Part shown: positions 1 to 12,688 of the stretch, piece after piece
Position numbering within the stretch: position 1 is the stretch's first letter
Layout of the letters: the number at the start of each line of letters is the position of its first letter
Assembly (NCBI GenBank): GCA_964016885.1
Contig: OZ024753.1
Coordinates: 47,225,333 to 47,289,332, forward strand
Length of the DNA: 64,000 bases
Direction: 5' to 3'
Origin: Eledone cirrhosa
Taxonomy: Eukaryota
Translations under genes and position numbers: made by a program
The notes under the pieces: generated by a model
What the model saw: only the letters and a program-made list of their open reading frames with translations
Databases searched by the model: none
Told to the model about the DNA's origin: nothing

Positions 1-227
1 TAGGCAAGCACAGAAGCCGGATTTCTCGGTAGTTAGGCAGCGAGACAGACAGATGGTGTGAAGTACCAGGGTGTGCCCCGGGGAGGACTGTTTCCCACAG
101 CGTGGGTTGGTTGTTGGTGATGTCTCGGTGATCCTGAGACGGAGTGAGGAGGGTGTTTATAGGTAAATAGATAGACTGATGCACAGATATCTGGATAGAT
201 TGATAGAGAGATAGATATATAGAGAGC

Positions 228-706
228 ATCATTATCATCGTCTGTTCATCATTTTACGTCCGCTTTTCCCTGCTTGAAAGGGTGGGACAGGTCCTCTTGA
301 GCAAAGCATCTCTTCACTTGTCACGGTCCTTCGTCATCTCCTTGGTGAGTTTCAGCGATCTGAAGTCGGCTCTCACCACCTCCACCCATGTTTTTCGTGG
401 TCTTCCTCTACTGCGTCTCCCTTCTTTACCCAGCGCTCAACCTCCATGCGCATCACATGTCCATACCATCTCAGTCCTCTCTTGCACACCACAACTTATC
501 CCTCTTAAACACAGTTTCTCTCTCAACTCGTTTATGCTTGGTCGTTCCCGCACATTGACATTGCACATCCAACGGAGCGTGCTTGCTTCATTTCTCTCCA
601 GCCATCGCATACCCTCTGCAGTTGCTGTCCATGTTTCACTACCATGCAGGGTCGCACATCTCGCATAGGCATCATGTAACCACACTTTCGTACGCATATA
701 TATATT

Positions 707-747
<41 letters not shown>

Positions 748-1436
748 ATGTATATATATGTATGTATATATTTGTCCTGGGTATGACATTAAACTACATC
801 CAGTGGCAAGGCTCAAGTTCAGGAGGAACTGTGGGGAACATGGAGTTACCCCCTTAGTTGTCATAACTCCCAGGTCTGCTCTGGCCTGGTGTAGTAGTAC
901 CTGTTGGGGCCCCATTTATAGGTTAAATAATAAGATGACAGATCGGCGTACCCTATCAAAGGCCTTCTCTAGGTCAACAAAGGCTAAGTATAGTGGCTTA
1001 TTTTTCTCTAAGAACCTCTCTTGTAATTGTCTCATCAAGAAGAGGGCATCTGTTGTACTATTCCCAGGCACAAAACCAAACTGCATCTCATCTAGTTTGA
1101 CCCTTTCTCTAATTAGTTGTGCTAATATCCTTTCTGCCACTTTCATAACCTGATCCATCAGTTTTATATCCCTATAATTTCTCCTCTCAAGAGCATCCCC
1201 TTTACTTTTGCACTAGTCTTTGGGTATGGCACTGCCATATATAGCCTGATTGATGATGTGTGCAACCAGTTTAGTGCCTACGTCCCCTGAGGCCTTCAGC
1301 ATCTCAGCAACTATCTCCGATGGTCCAGCAGCCTCACCATTTTTCATTTCCTTAATCGCCTCTTGGACCCTATATTCGTTAATCTCAATAGCTGGTCCCT
1401 CTGTCTGATCTACTGAGGGTAATTTCTCTCTCTCCC
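228..1436 (-). mobile_element. Degenerate RTE-clade LINE: RT N-terminal part plus 3' end, central RT replaced by a SINE-like/microsatellite insert; repeated in each macrosatellite unit
   Basis: Minus-strand peptides KNGEAAGPSEIVAEMLKASG, QFGFVPGNSTTDALF...LAFVDLEKAFDRV and LHGSETW...LRWMCNV. A (TGA)n-like 3' tail lies at about 228-255. Confidence 0.9.
773..933. mobile_element. Short interspersed (SINE-like) repeat inside the RTE copy; present in every unit
   Basis: GTCCTGGGTATGACATTAAACTACATCCAGTG...GGCCCCATTTAT has an independent diverged copy at 21243-21409, also next to a TA tract. Confidence 0.7.
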
Positions 1437-1530
1437 ATATATATATATATATCTTGAAAGATTTGTAAATGTCTGAGAGATTGGCTAAATGTTTTACAGT
1501 GTACTGTGCCACTAAACTGCACCATACTAA

Positions 1531-1702
1531 ATTACACTACACTGCACTGCACTGCACTGCACTGCACTGCACTGCACTGCACTGTTCACTCTAACGCTAG
1601 TGTATTGTGTTTTGCAGGTATGACCAGTAAGAGCGAGGAAGTTATTTCAAAGGATTTTCGTAATTAAACACTTTTTTTACCATTATTTTAAGGTATTATG
1701 TC

Positions 1703-1738
<36 letters not shown>
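1531..1738. repeat. (ACTGC)n pentanucleotide microsatellite (~1535-1584) and poly-T run (~1704-1738); lengths vary between units
   Basis: Directly visible in each unit. Confidence 0.9.
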
Positions 1739-1742
<4 letters not shown>

Positions 1743-2459
1743 GGACCTCTTGATAAGACGAAATGACCTGTATAATTTTTTTTCATATTTAGATGGAATA
1801 GAAGAAAAAGAAGAGAAATGAAAGCAATGAAATTAAGTTTTAGAGAAAATATACGCCAACGACAATGGAGGTATGATTTCAGTTTAATCTTAACCTAATG
1901 ACCACTTTACAGAGTGTACTGGGTGTGTTTTACCTCGCTATGTTTACTGTAAACCCTAGATAACGAATGCCTTGTTGAGTGTTGTGAATTGTGAACGTGA
2001 GGTTGTGTTGTGGGGTTGCTTGGTGAGATTGCATAAGAAGGGTGTTGTGAGTTTGCATTATGATGTAGCTTTGTGAGGCTTTGTTGTGAATTGATAAATA
2101 TTTGAAAACACACCTCTGTCCCCTCAACAGTCAGTCAGTCATTTTCTACTAAAACTCATTGATGCGAGTCCCTAGCATTGTATCTGTAAGTACATTATGA
2201 CTATTTTCTCTTGGTGGACTTGACATTCAAAGATATTTGTATATATTTTGTTGATGTTGTTTGTTAGTTAGGAAATTGCTTAAAAGCTACTTTGATCACA
2301 GCACTTTGTAAAGGCAACATATGTTTAAGATTCTTTTTTCTTTTATTTTTGTTATTCAGATGACAGAGAAGGCAAAGAAAGGCACAGAAGAAAAGAACAA
2401 TGACGATTATTATTATTATTATTACTATTATTATTTGTTTTATTATAATCAAAATATGC

Positions 2460-3444
2460 TGTTAGTTTGCCTGCTATCCCACTACGTGCCTGCTATCGCA
2501 CTCGATCTTTTGTGTACGTTTTATATAATTTATGCCAGTTCCGTTTCTGCATATCGAACATGGCCATTTCCCTGACGGAATAGAGTTTTGTCCTCTTTTC
2601 TACTCATCAACACTCATTCGTGACACAAAGTACAGCGGCATCATTGCGGACAGACTTAATCCCGATTTGCACTGACACACTGCCTTGCAGTACGGAACAG
2701 CGCACGTCGTCGAGCAGCCTCCTTGCATGCTAAGTACACCTGACATCTAGCTTCTCTCTTAGCGGCTGTATATTCTTCTCTACTCGCACTAATTTTGCAA
2801 GCATTCCATGCTAGTCTTTAGTCTCCAATGGCCCGATCTACCGTGCTGTCCCACCACCATGTCACTCACTGTCTGGTTGGAACTCTGATCCAGCCACAAG
2901 TTTCATCAGTAACCTGCAGTAAGGTATCGCATAAGAAATTCCAGTTATCATCTATGTTGTACGACTCTAAATCGTCTTCTTTTTCATCATACACATATTG
3001 AAGGGCTTTCCTAAATTTGTATTTTAGTGAGAGCTCTTTTAGCTTCCAGACCTTTCTTTTTTCCACACCTTCCTGTATGTCTCATTCAGTCTCTTGCTTG
3101 GGGTACATTCTTCCCCGGGGTATGCCTTTGTATTTGACACCATCTGCCTGTCCCGCTGCCTAACTAGCAAGAAGTCAATCTGGCTTATGTGCTTGCCTGA
3201 TTTGTAGGTTATTAGGTGGTTGGCAGATTTGTGTAAGTTAGTGTTGTAGATGGTTAGTGCAATTGCATCGCAAAATTCAAGAAGTTTCACTGCTTCATTT
3301 CTTAAGCCGTAAGTGTGCCCAACATGTACCTCAGTGTAACCATCGTAGAGCTGTCCAACATGACCATTGAAATCCCCTGCTAGCATAACGATGTCTCCGT
3401 CCTGTCATTGTGGCTGTTTGTAAAAATTTCTTGTCTTTACCTAG
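2460..3444 (-). mobile_element. Second degenerate RTE LINE copy: AP endonuclease plus linker, internally deleted and joined to the post-RT Cys-rich segment
   Basis: LAGDFNGHVG...LLEFCD...SQIDFLLVR (3039-3386), TWWWDSTVDRAI (~2830-2866) and VLMSRKEDK...PSGKWPCSICRNG (~2535-2612). Confidence 0.85.
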
Positions 3445-3520
3445 CAGCAGTTTCTTGCTCTCAATTAACCCTAAAACTAGCCGTAACGCTAACAGTAACA
3501 CTAACCGTAACACTAACTTA

Positions 3521-3805
3521 TGCAGGCCTAGGTAAAGACGAGAAAGATAAAACAAGGAGTGATGCTATTTGAATTTTGTGATGCAAGTGTTTTAACCATT
3601 TGCAAAACCAACTTCCGCAAACCTGCCAACTGCCTAATAACCTACAAATTAGGCAAGCACAGAAGCCGGATTTCTCGGTAGTTAGGCAGCGAGACAGACA
3701 GATGGTGTGAAGTACCAGGGTGTGCCCCGGGGAGGACTGTTTCCCACAGCGTGGGTTGGTTGTTGGTGATGTCTCGGTGATCCTGAGACGGAGTGAGGAG
3801 GGTGT
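3521..3805 (+). mobile_element. RTE endonuclease fragment on the + strand (also 1-155 and in each unit)
   Basis: Hand translation gives GLGKDEKDK / LFEFCDASVLTICKTNFRKPANCLITYK / DFSVVRQRDRQMV*STRVCPGEDC, which aligns with the minus-strand EN peptide at 3039-3386. Confidence 0.8.
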
Positions 3806-4351
3806 TTATAGGTAAATAGATAGACTGATGCATAGATATATAGATAGACTGATGCATAGATATATAGAGAGCATCATTATCATCGTCTGTTCATCATTTT
3901 ACGTCCGCTTTTCCCTGCTTGAAAGGGTGGGACAGGTCCTCTTGAGCAAAGCATCTCTTCACTTGTCACGGTCCTTCGTCATCTCCTTGGTGAGTTTCAG
4001 CGATCTGAAGTCGGCTCTCACCACCTCCACCCATGTTTTTCGTGGTCTTCCTCTACTGCGTCTCCCTTCTTTACCCAGCGCTCAACCTCCATGCGCATCA
4101 CATGTCCATACCATCTCAGTCCTCTCTTGCACACCACAACTTATCCCTCTTAAACACAGTTTCTCTCTCAACTCGTTTATGCTTGGTCGTTCCCGCACAT
4201 TGACATTGCACATCCAACGGAGCGTGCTTGCTTCATTTCTCTCCAGCCATCGCATACCCTCTGCAGTTGCTGTCCATGTTTCACTACCATGCAGGGTCGC
4301 ACATCTCGCATAGGCATCATGTAACCACACTTTCGTACGCATATATATATT

Positions 4352-4390
<39 letters not shown>

Positions 4391-5345
4391 ATGTATATAT
4401 ATGTATGTATATATTTGTCCTGGGTATGACATTAAACTACATCCAGTGGCAAGGCTCAAGTTCAGGAGGAACTGTGGGGAACATGGAGTTACCCCCTTAG
4501 TTGTCATAACTCCCAGGTCTGCTCTGGCCTGGTGTAGTAGTACCTGTTGGGGCCCCATTTATAGGTTAAATAATAAGATGACAGATCGGCGTACCCTATC
4601 AAAGGCCTTCTCTAGGTCAACAAAGGCTAAGTATAGTGGCTTATTTTTCTCTAAGAACCTCTCTTGTAATTGTCTCATCAAGAAGAGGGCATCTGTTGTA
4701 CTATTCCCAGGCACAAAACCAAACTGCATCTCATCTAGTTTGACCCTTTCTCTAATTAGTTGTGCTAATATCCTTTCTGCCACTTTCATAACCTGATCCA
4801 TCAGTTTTATATCCCTATAATTTCTCCTCTCAAGAGCGTCCCCTTTACTTTTGCACTAGTCTTTGGGTATGGCACTGCCATATATAGCCTGATTGATGAT
4901 GTGTGCAACCAGTTTAGTGCCTACGTCCCCTGAGGCCTTCAGCATCTCAGCAACTATCTCCGATGGTCCAGCAGCCTCACCATTTTTCATTTCCTTAATC
5001 GCCTCTTGGACCCTATATTCGTTAATCTCAATAGCTGGTCCCTCTGTCTGATCTACTGAGGGTAATTTCTCTCTCTCCCATATATATATATATATCTTGA
5101 AAGATTTGTAAATGTCTGAGAGATTGGCTAAATGTTTTACAGTGTACTGTGCCACTAAACTGCACCATACTAAATTACACTACACTGCACTGCACTGCAC
5201 TGCACTGCACTGCACTGCACTGCACTGTTCACTCTAACGCTAGTGTATTGTGTTTTGCAGGTATGACCAGTAAGAGCGAGGAAGTTATTTCAAAGGATTT
5301 TCGTAATTAAACACTTTTTTTACCATTATTTTAAGGTATTATGTC

Positions 5346-5382
<37 letters not shown>

Positions 5383-8013
5383 GGACCTCTTGATAAGACG
5401 AAATGACCTGTATAATTTTTTTTCATATTTAGATGGAATAGAAGAAAAAGAAGAGAAATGAAAGCAATGAAATTAAGTTTTAGAGAAAATATACGCCAAC
5501 GACAATGGAGGTATGATTTCAGTTTAATCTTAACCTAATGACCACTTTACAGAGTGTACTGGGTGTGTTTTACCTCGCTATGTTTACTGTAAACCCTAGA
5601 TAACGAATGCCTTGTTGAGTGTTGTGAATTGTGAACGTGAGGTTGTGTTGTGGGGTTGCTTGGTGAGATTGCATAAGAAGGGTGTTGTGAGTTTGCATTA
5701 TGATGTAGCTTTGTGAGGCTTTGTTGTGAATTGATAAATATTTGAAAACACACCTCTGTCCCCTCAACAGTCAGTCAGTCATTTTCTACTAAAACTCATT
5801 GATGCGAGTCCCTAGCATTGTATCTGTAAGTACATTATGACTATTTTCTCTTGGTGGACTTGACATTCAAAGATATTTGTATATATTTTGTTGATGTTGT
5901 TTGTTAGTTAGGAAATTGCTTAAAAGCTACTTTGATCACAGCACTTTGTAAAGGCAACATATGTTTAAGATTCTTTTTTCTTTTATTTTTGTTATTCAGA
6001 TGACAGAGAAGGCAAAGAAAGGCACAGAAGAAAAGAACAATGACGATTATTATTATTATTATTACTATTATTATTTGTTTTATTATAATCAAAATATGCT
6101 GTTAGTTTGCCTGCTATCCCACTACGTGCCTGCTATCGCACTCGATCTTTTGTGTACGTTTTATATAATTTATGCCAGTTCCGTTTCTGCATATCGAACA
6201 TGGCCATTTCCCTGACGGAATAGAGTTTTGTCCTCTTTTCTACTCATCAACACTCATTCGTGACACAAAGTACAGCGGCATCATTGCGGACAGACTTAAT
6301 CCCGATTTGCACTGACACACTGCCTTGCAGTACGGAACAGCGCACGTCGTCGAGCAGCCTCCTTGCATGCTAAGTACACCTGACATCTAGCTTCTCTCTT
6401 AGCGGCTGTATATTCTTCTCTACTCGCACTAATTTTGCAAGCATTCCATGCTAGTCTTTAGTCTCCAATGGCCCGATCTACCGTGCTGTCCCACCACCAT
6501 GTCACTCACTGTCTGGTTGGAACTCTGATCCAGCCACAAGTTTCATCAGTAACCTGCAGTAAGGTATCGCATAAGAAATTCCAGTTATCATCTATGTTGT
6601 ACGACTCTAAATCGTCTTCTTTTTCATCATACACATATTGAAGGGCTTTCCTAAATTTGTATTTTAGTGAGAGCTCTTTTAGCTTCCAGACCTTTCTTTT
6701 TTCCACACCTTCCTGTATGTCTCATTCAGTCTCTTGCTTGGGGTACATTCTTCCCCGGGGTATGCCTTTGTATTTGACACCATCTGCCTGTCCCGCTGCC
6801 TAACTAGCAAGAAGTCAATCTGGCTTATGTGCTTGCCTGATTTGTAGGTTATTAGGTGGTTGGCAGATTTGTGTAAGTTAGTGTTGTAGATGGTTAGTGC
6901 AATTGCATCGCAAAATTCAAGAAGTTTCACTGCTTCATTTCTTAAGCCGTAAGTGTGCCCAACATGTACCTCAGTGTAACCATCGTAGAGCTGTCCAACA
7001 TGACCATTGAAATCCCCTGCTAGCATAACGATGTCTCCGTCCTGTCATTGTGGCTGTTTGTAAAAATTGCTTGTAAATGCAGAATTTCTTGTCTTTACCT
7101 AGCAGCAGTTTCTTGCTCTCAATTAACCCTAAAACTAGCCGTAACGCTAACAGTAACACTAACCGTAACACTAACTTATGCAGGCCTAGGTAAAGACGAG
7201 AAAGATAAAACAAGGAGTGATGCTATTTGAATTTTGTGATGCAAGTGTTTTAACCATTTGCAAAACCAACTTCCGCAAACCTGCCAACTGCCTAATAACC
7301 TACAAATTAGGCAAGCACAGAAGCCGGATTTCTCGGTAGTTAGGCAGCGAGACAGACAGATGGTGTGAAGTACCAGGGTGTGCCCCGGGGAGGACTGTTT
7401 CCCACAGCGTGGGTTGGTTGTTGGTGATGTCTCGGTGATCCTGAGACGGAGTGAGGAGGGTGTTTATAGGTAAATAGATAGACTGATGCACAGATATCTG
7501 GATAGATTGATAGAGAGATAGATATATAGAGAGCATCATTATCATCGTCTGTTCATCATTTTACGTCCGCTTTTCCCTGCTTGAAAGGGTGGGACAGGTC
7601 CTCTTGAGCAAAGCATCTCTTCACTTGTCACGGTCCTTCGTCATCTCCTTGGTGAGTTTCAGCGATCTGAAGTCGGCTCTCACCACCTCCACCCATGTTT
7701 TTCGTGGTCTTCCTCTACTGCGTCTCCCTTCTTTACCCAGCGCTCAACCTCCATGCGCATCACATGTCCATACCATCTCAGTCCTCTCTTGCACACCACA
7801 ACTTATCCCTCTTAAACACAGTTTCTCTCTCAACTCGTTTATGCTTGGTCGTTCCCGCACATTGACATTGCACATCCAACGGAGCGTGCTTGCTTCATTT
7901 CTCTCCAGCCATCGCATACCCTCTGCAGTTGCTGTCCATGTTTCACTACCATGCAGGGTCGCACATCTCGCATAGGCATCATGTAACCACACTTTCGTAC
8001 GCATATATATATT

Positions 8014-8054
<41 letters not shown>

Positions 8055-9009
8055 ATGTATATATATGTATGTATATATTTGTCCTGGGTATGACATTAAA
8101 CTACATCCAGTGGCAAGGCTCAAGTTCAGGAGGAACTGTGGGGAACATGGAGTTACCCCCTTAGTTGTCATAACTCCCAGGTCTGCTCTGGCCTGGTGTA
8201 GTAGTACCTGTTGGGGCCCCATTTATAGGTTAAATAATAAGATGACAGATCGGCGTACCCTATCAAAGGCCTTCTCTAGGTCAACAAAGGCTAAGTATAG
8301 TGGCTTATTTTTCTCTAAGAACCTCTCTTGTAATTGTCTCATCAAGAAGAGGGCATCTGTTGTACTATTCCCAGGCACAAAACCAAACTGCATCTCATCT
8401 AGTTTGACCCTTTCTCTAATTAGTTGTGCTAATATCCTTTCTGCCACTTTCATAACCTGATCCATCAGTTTTATATCCCTATAATTTCTCCTCTCAAGAG
8501 CGTCCCCTTTACTTTTGCACTAGTCTTTGGGTATGGCACTGCCATATATAGCCTGATTGATGATGTGTGCAACCAGTTTAGTGCCTACGTCCCCTGAGGC
8601 CTTCAGCATCTCAGCAACTATCTCCGATGGTCCAGCAGCCTCACCATTTTTCATTTCCTTAATCGCCTCTTGGACCCTATATTCGTTAATCTCAATAGCT
8701 GGTCCCTCTGTCTGATCTACTGAGGGTAATTTCTCTCTCTCCCATATATATATATATATCTTGAAAGATTTGTAAATGTCTGAGAGATTGGCTAAATGTT
8801 TTACAGTGTACTGTGCCACTAAACTGCACCATACTAAATTACACTACACTGCACTGCACTGCACTGCACTGCACTGCACTGCACTGCACTGTTCACTCTA
8901 ACGCTAGTGTATTGTGTTTTGCAGGTATGACCAGTAAGAGCGAGGAAGTTATTTCAAAGGATTTTCGTAATTAAACACTTTTTTTACCATTATTTTAAGG
9001 TATTATGTC

Positions 9010-9047
<38 letters not shown>

Positions 9048-11674
9048 GGACCTCTTGATAAGACGAAATGACCTGTATAATTTTTTTTCATATTTAGATG
9101 GAATAGAAGAAAAAGAAGAGAAATGAAAGCAATGAAATTAAGTTTTAGAGAAAATATACGCCAACGACAATGGAGGTATGATTTCAGTTTAATCTTAACC
9201 TAATGACCACTTTACAGAGTGTACTGGGTGTGTTTTACCTCGCTATGTTTACTGTAAACCCTAGATAACGAATGCCTTGTTGAGTGTTGTGAATTGTGAA
9301 CGTGAGGTTGTGTTGTGGGGTTGCTTGGTGAGATTGCATAAGAAGGGTGTTGTGAGTTTGCATTATGATGTAGCTTTGTGAGGCTTTGTTGTGAATTGAT
9401 AAATATTTGAAAACACACCTCTGTCCCCTCAACAGTCAGTCAGTCATTTTCTACTAAAACTCATTGATGCGAGTCCCTAGCATTGTATCTGTAAGTACAT
9501 TATGACTATTTTCTCTTGGTGGACTTGACATTCAAAGATATTTGTATATATTTTGTTGATGTTGTTTGTTAGTTAGGAAATTGCTTAAAAGCTACTTTGA
9601 TCACAGCACTTTGTAAAGGCAACATATGTTTAAGATTCTTTTTTCTTTTATTTTTGTTATTCAGATGACAGAGAAGGCAAAGAAAGGCACAGAAGAAAAG
9701 AACAATGACGATTATTATTATTATTATTACTATTATTATTTGTTTTATTATAATCAAAATATGCTGTTAGTTTGCCTGCTATCCCACTACGTGCCTGCTA
9801 TCGCACTCGATCTTTTGTGTACGTTTTATATAATTTATGCCAGTTCCGTTTCTGCATATCGAACATGGCCATTTCCCTGACGGAATAGAGTTTTGTCCTC
9901 TTTTCTACTCATCAACACTCATTCGTGACACAAAGTACAGCGGCATCATTGCGGACAGACTTAATCCCGATTTGCACTGACACACTGCCTTGCAGTACGG
10001 AACAGCGCACGTCGTCGAGCAGCCTCCTTGCATGCTAAGTACACCTGACATCTAGCTTCTCTCTTAGCGGCTGTATATTCTTCTCTACTCGCACTAATTT
10101 TGCAAGCATTCCATGCTAGTCTTTAGTCTCCAATGGCCCGATCTACCGTGCTGTCCCACCACCATGTCACTCACTGTCTGGTTGGAACTCTGATCCAGCC
10201 ACAAGTTTCATCAGTAACCTGCAGTAAGGTATCGCATAAGAAATTCCAGTTATCATCTATGTTGTACGACTCTAAATCGTCTTCTTTTTCATCATACACA
10301 TATTGAAGGGCTTTCCTAAATTTGTATTTTAGTGAGAGCTCTTTTAGCTTCCAGACCTTTCTTTTTTCCACACCTTCCTGTATGTCTCATTCAGTCTCTT
10401 GCTTGGGGTACATTCTTCCCCGGGGTATGCCTTTGTATTTGACACCATCTGCCTGTCCCGCTGCCTAACTAGCAAGAAGTCAATCTGGCTTATGTGCTTG
10501 CCTGATTTGTAGGTTATTAGGTGGTTGGCAGATTTGTGTAAGTTAGTGTTGTAGATGGTTAGTGCAATTGCATCGCAAAATTCAAGAAGTTTCACTGCTT
10601 CATTTCTTAAGCCGTAAGTGTGCCCAACATGTACCTCAGTGTAACCATCGTAGAGCTGTCCAACATGACCATTGAAATCCCCTGCTAGCATAACGATGTC
10701 TCCGTCCTGTCATTGTGGCTGTTTGTAAAAATTGCTTGTAAATGCAGAATTTCTTGTCTTTACCTAGCAGCAGTTTCTTGCTCTCAATTAACCCTAAAAC
10801 TAGCCGTAACGCTAACAGTAACACTAACCGTAACACTAACTTATGCAGGCCTAGGTAAAGACGAGAAAGATAAAACAAGGAGTGATGCTATTTGAATTTT
10901 GTGATGCAAGTGTTTTAACCATTTGCAAAACCAACTTCCGCAAACCTGCCAACTGCCTAATAACCTACAAATTAGGCAAGCACAGAAGCCGGATTTCTCG
11001 GTAGTTAGGCAGCGAGACAGACAGATGGTGTGAAGTACCAGGGTGTGCCCCGGGGAGGACTGTTTCCCACAGCGTGGGTTGGTTGTTGGTGATGTCTCGG
11101 TGATCCTGAGACGGAGTGAGGAGGGTGTTTATAGGTAAATAGATAGACTGATGCATAGATATATAGATAGACTGATGCATAGATATATAGAGAGCATCAT
11201 TATCATCGTCTGTTCATCATTTTACGTCCGCTTTTCCCTGCTTGAAAGGGTGGGACAGGTCCTCTTGAGCAAAGCATCTCTTCACTTGTCACGGTCCTTC
11301 GTCATCTCCTTGGTGAGTTTCAGCGATCTGAAGTCGGCTCTCACCACCTCCACCCATGTTTTTCGTGGTCTTCCTCTACTGCGTCTCCCTTCTTTACCCA
11401 GCGCTCAACCTCCATGCGCATCACATGTCCATACCATCTCAGTCCTCTCTTGCACACCACAACTTATCCCTCTTAAACACAGTTTCTCTCTCAACTCGTT
11501 TATGCTTGGTCGTTCCCGCACATTGACATTGCACATCCAACGGAGCGTGCTTGCTTCATTTCTCTCCAGCCATCGCATACCCTCTGCAGTTGCTGTCCAT
11601 GTTTCACTACCATGCAGGGTCGCACATCTCGCATAGGCATCATGTAACCACACTTTCGTACGCATATATATATT

Positions 11675-11713
<39 letters not shown>

Positions 11714-12657
11714 ATGTATATATATGTATGTATATATTTGTCCTGGGTATGACATTAAACTACATCCAGTGGCAAGGCTCAAGTTCAGGAGGAACTGTGG
11801 GGAACATGGAGTTACCCCCTTAGTTGTCATAACTCCCAGGTCTGCTCTGGCCTGGTGTAGTAGTACCTGTTGGGGCCCCATTTATAGGTTAAATAATAAG
11901 ATGACAGATCGGCGTACCCTATCAAAGGCCTTCTCTAGGTCAACAAAGGCTAAGTATAGTGGCTTATTTTTCTCTAAGAACCTCTCTTGTAATTGTCTCA
12001 TCAAGAAGAGGGCATCTGTTGTACTATTCCCAGGCACAAAACCAAACTGCATCTCATCTAGTTTGACCCTTTCTCTAATTAGTTGTGCTAATATCCTTTC
12101 TGCCACTTTCATAACCTGATCCATCAGTTTTATATCCCTATAATTTCTCCTCTCAAGAGCGTCCCCTTTACTTTTGCACTAGTCTTTGGGTATGGCACTG
12201 CCATATATAGCCTGATTGATGATGTGTGCAACCAGTTTAGTGCCTACGTCCCCTGAGGCCTTCAGCATCTCAGCAACTATCTCCGATGGTCCAGCAGCCT
12301 CACCATTTTTCATTTCCTTAATCGCCTCTTGGACCCTATATTCGTTAATCTCAATAGCTGGTCCCTCTGTCTGATCTACTGAGGGTAATTTCTCTCTCTC
12401 CCATATATATATATATATATCTTGAAAGATTTGTAAATGTCTGAGAGATTGGCTAAATGTTTTACAGTGTACTGTGCCACTAAACTGCACCATACTAAAT
12501 TACACTACACTACACTGCACTGCACTGCACTGCACTGCACTCTCTAACGCTAGTGTTTTGTGTTTTGCAGGTATGACCAGTAAGAGCGAGGAAGTTATTT
12601 CAAAGGATTTTCGTAATTAAACACTTTTTTTACCATTATTTTAAGGTATTATCTCGG

Positions 12658-12688
<31 letters not shown>

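Noticed and set aside
282-1153. Plus-strand 128-aa and 137-aa ORFs repeated in each unit
   Set aside because: Antisense shadows of the RTE reading frame.
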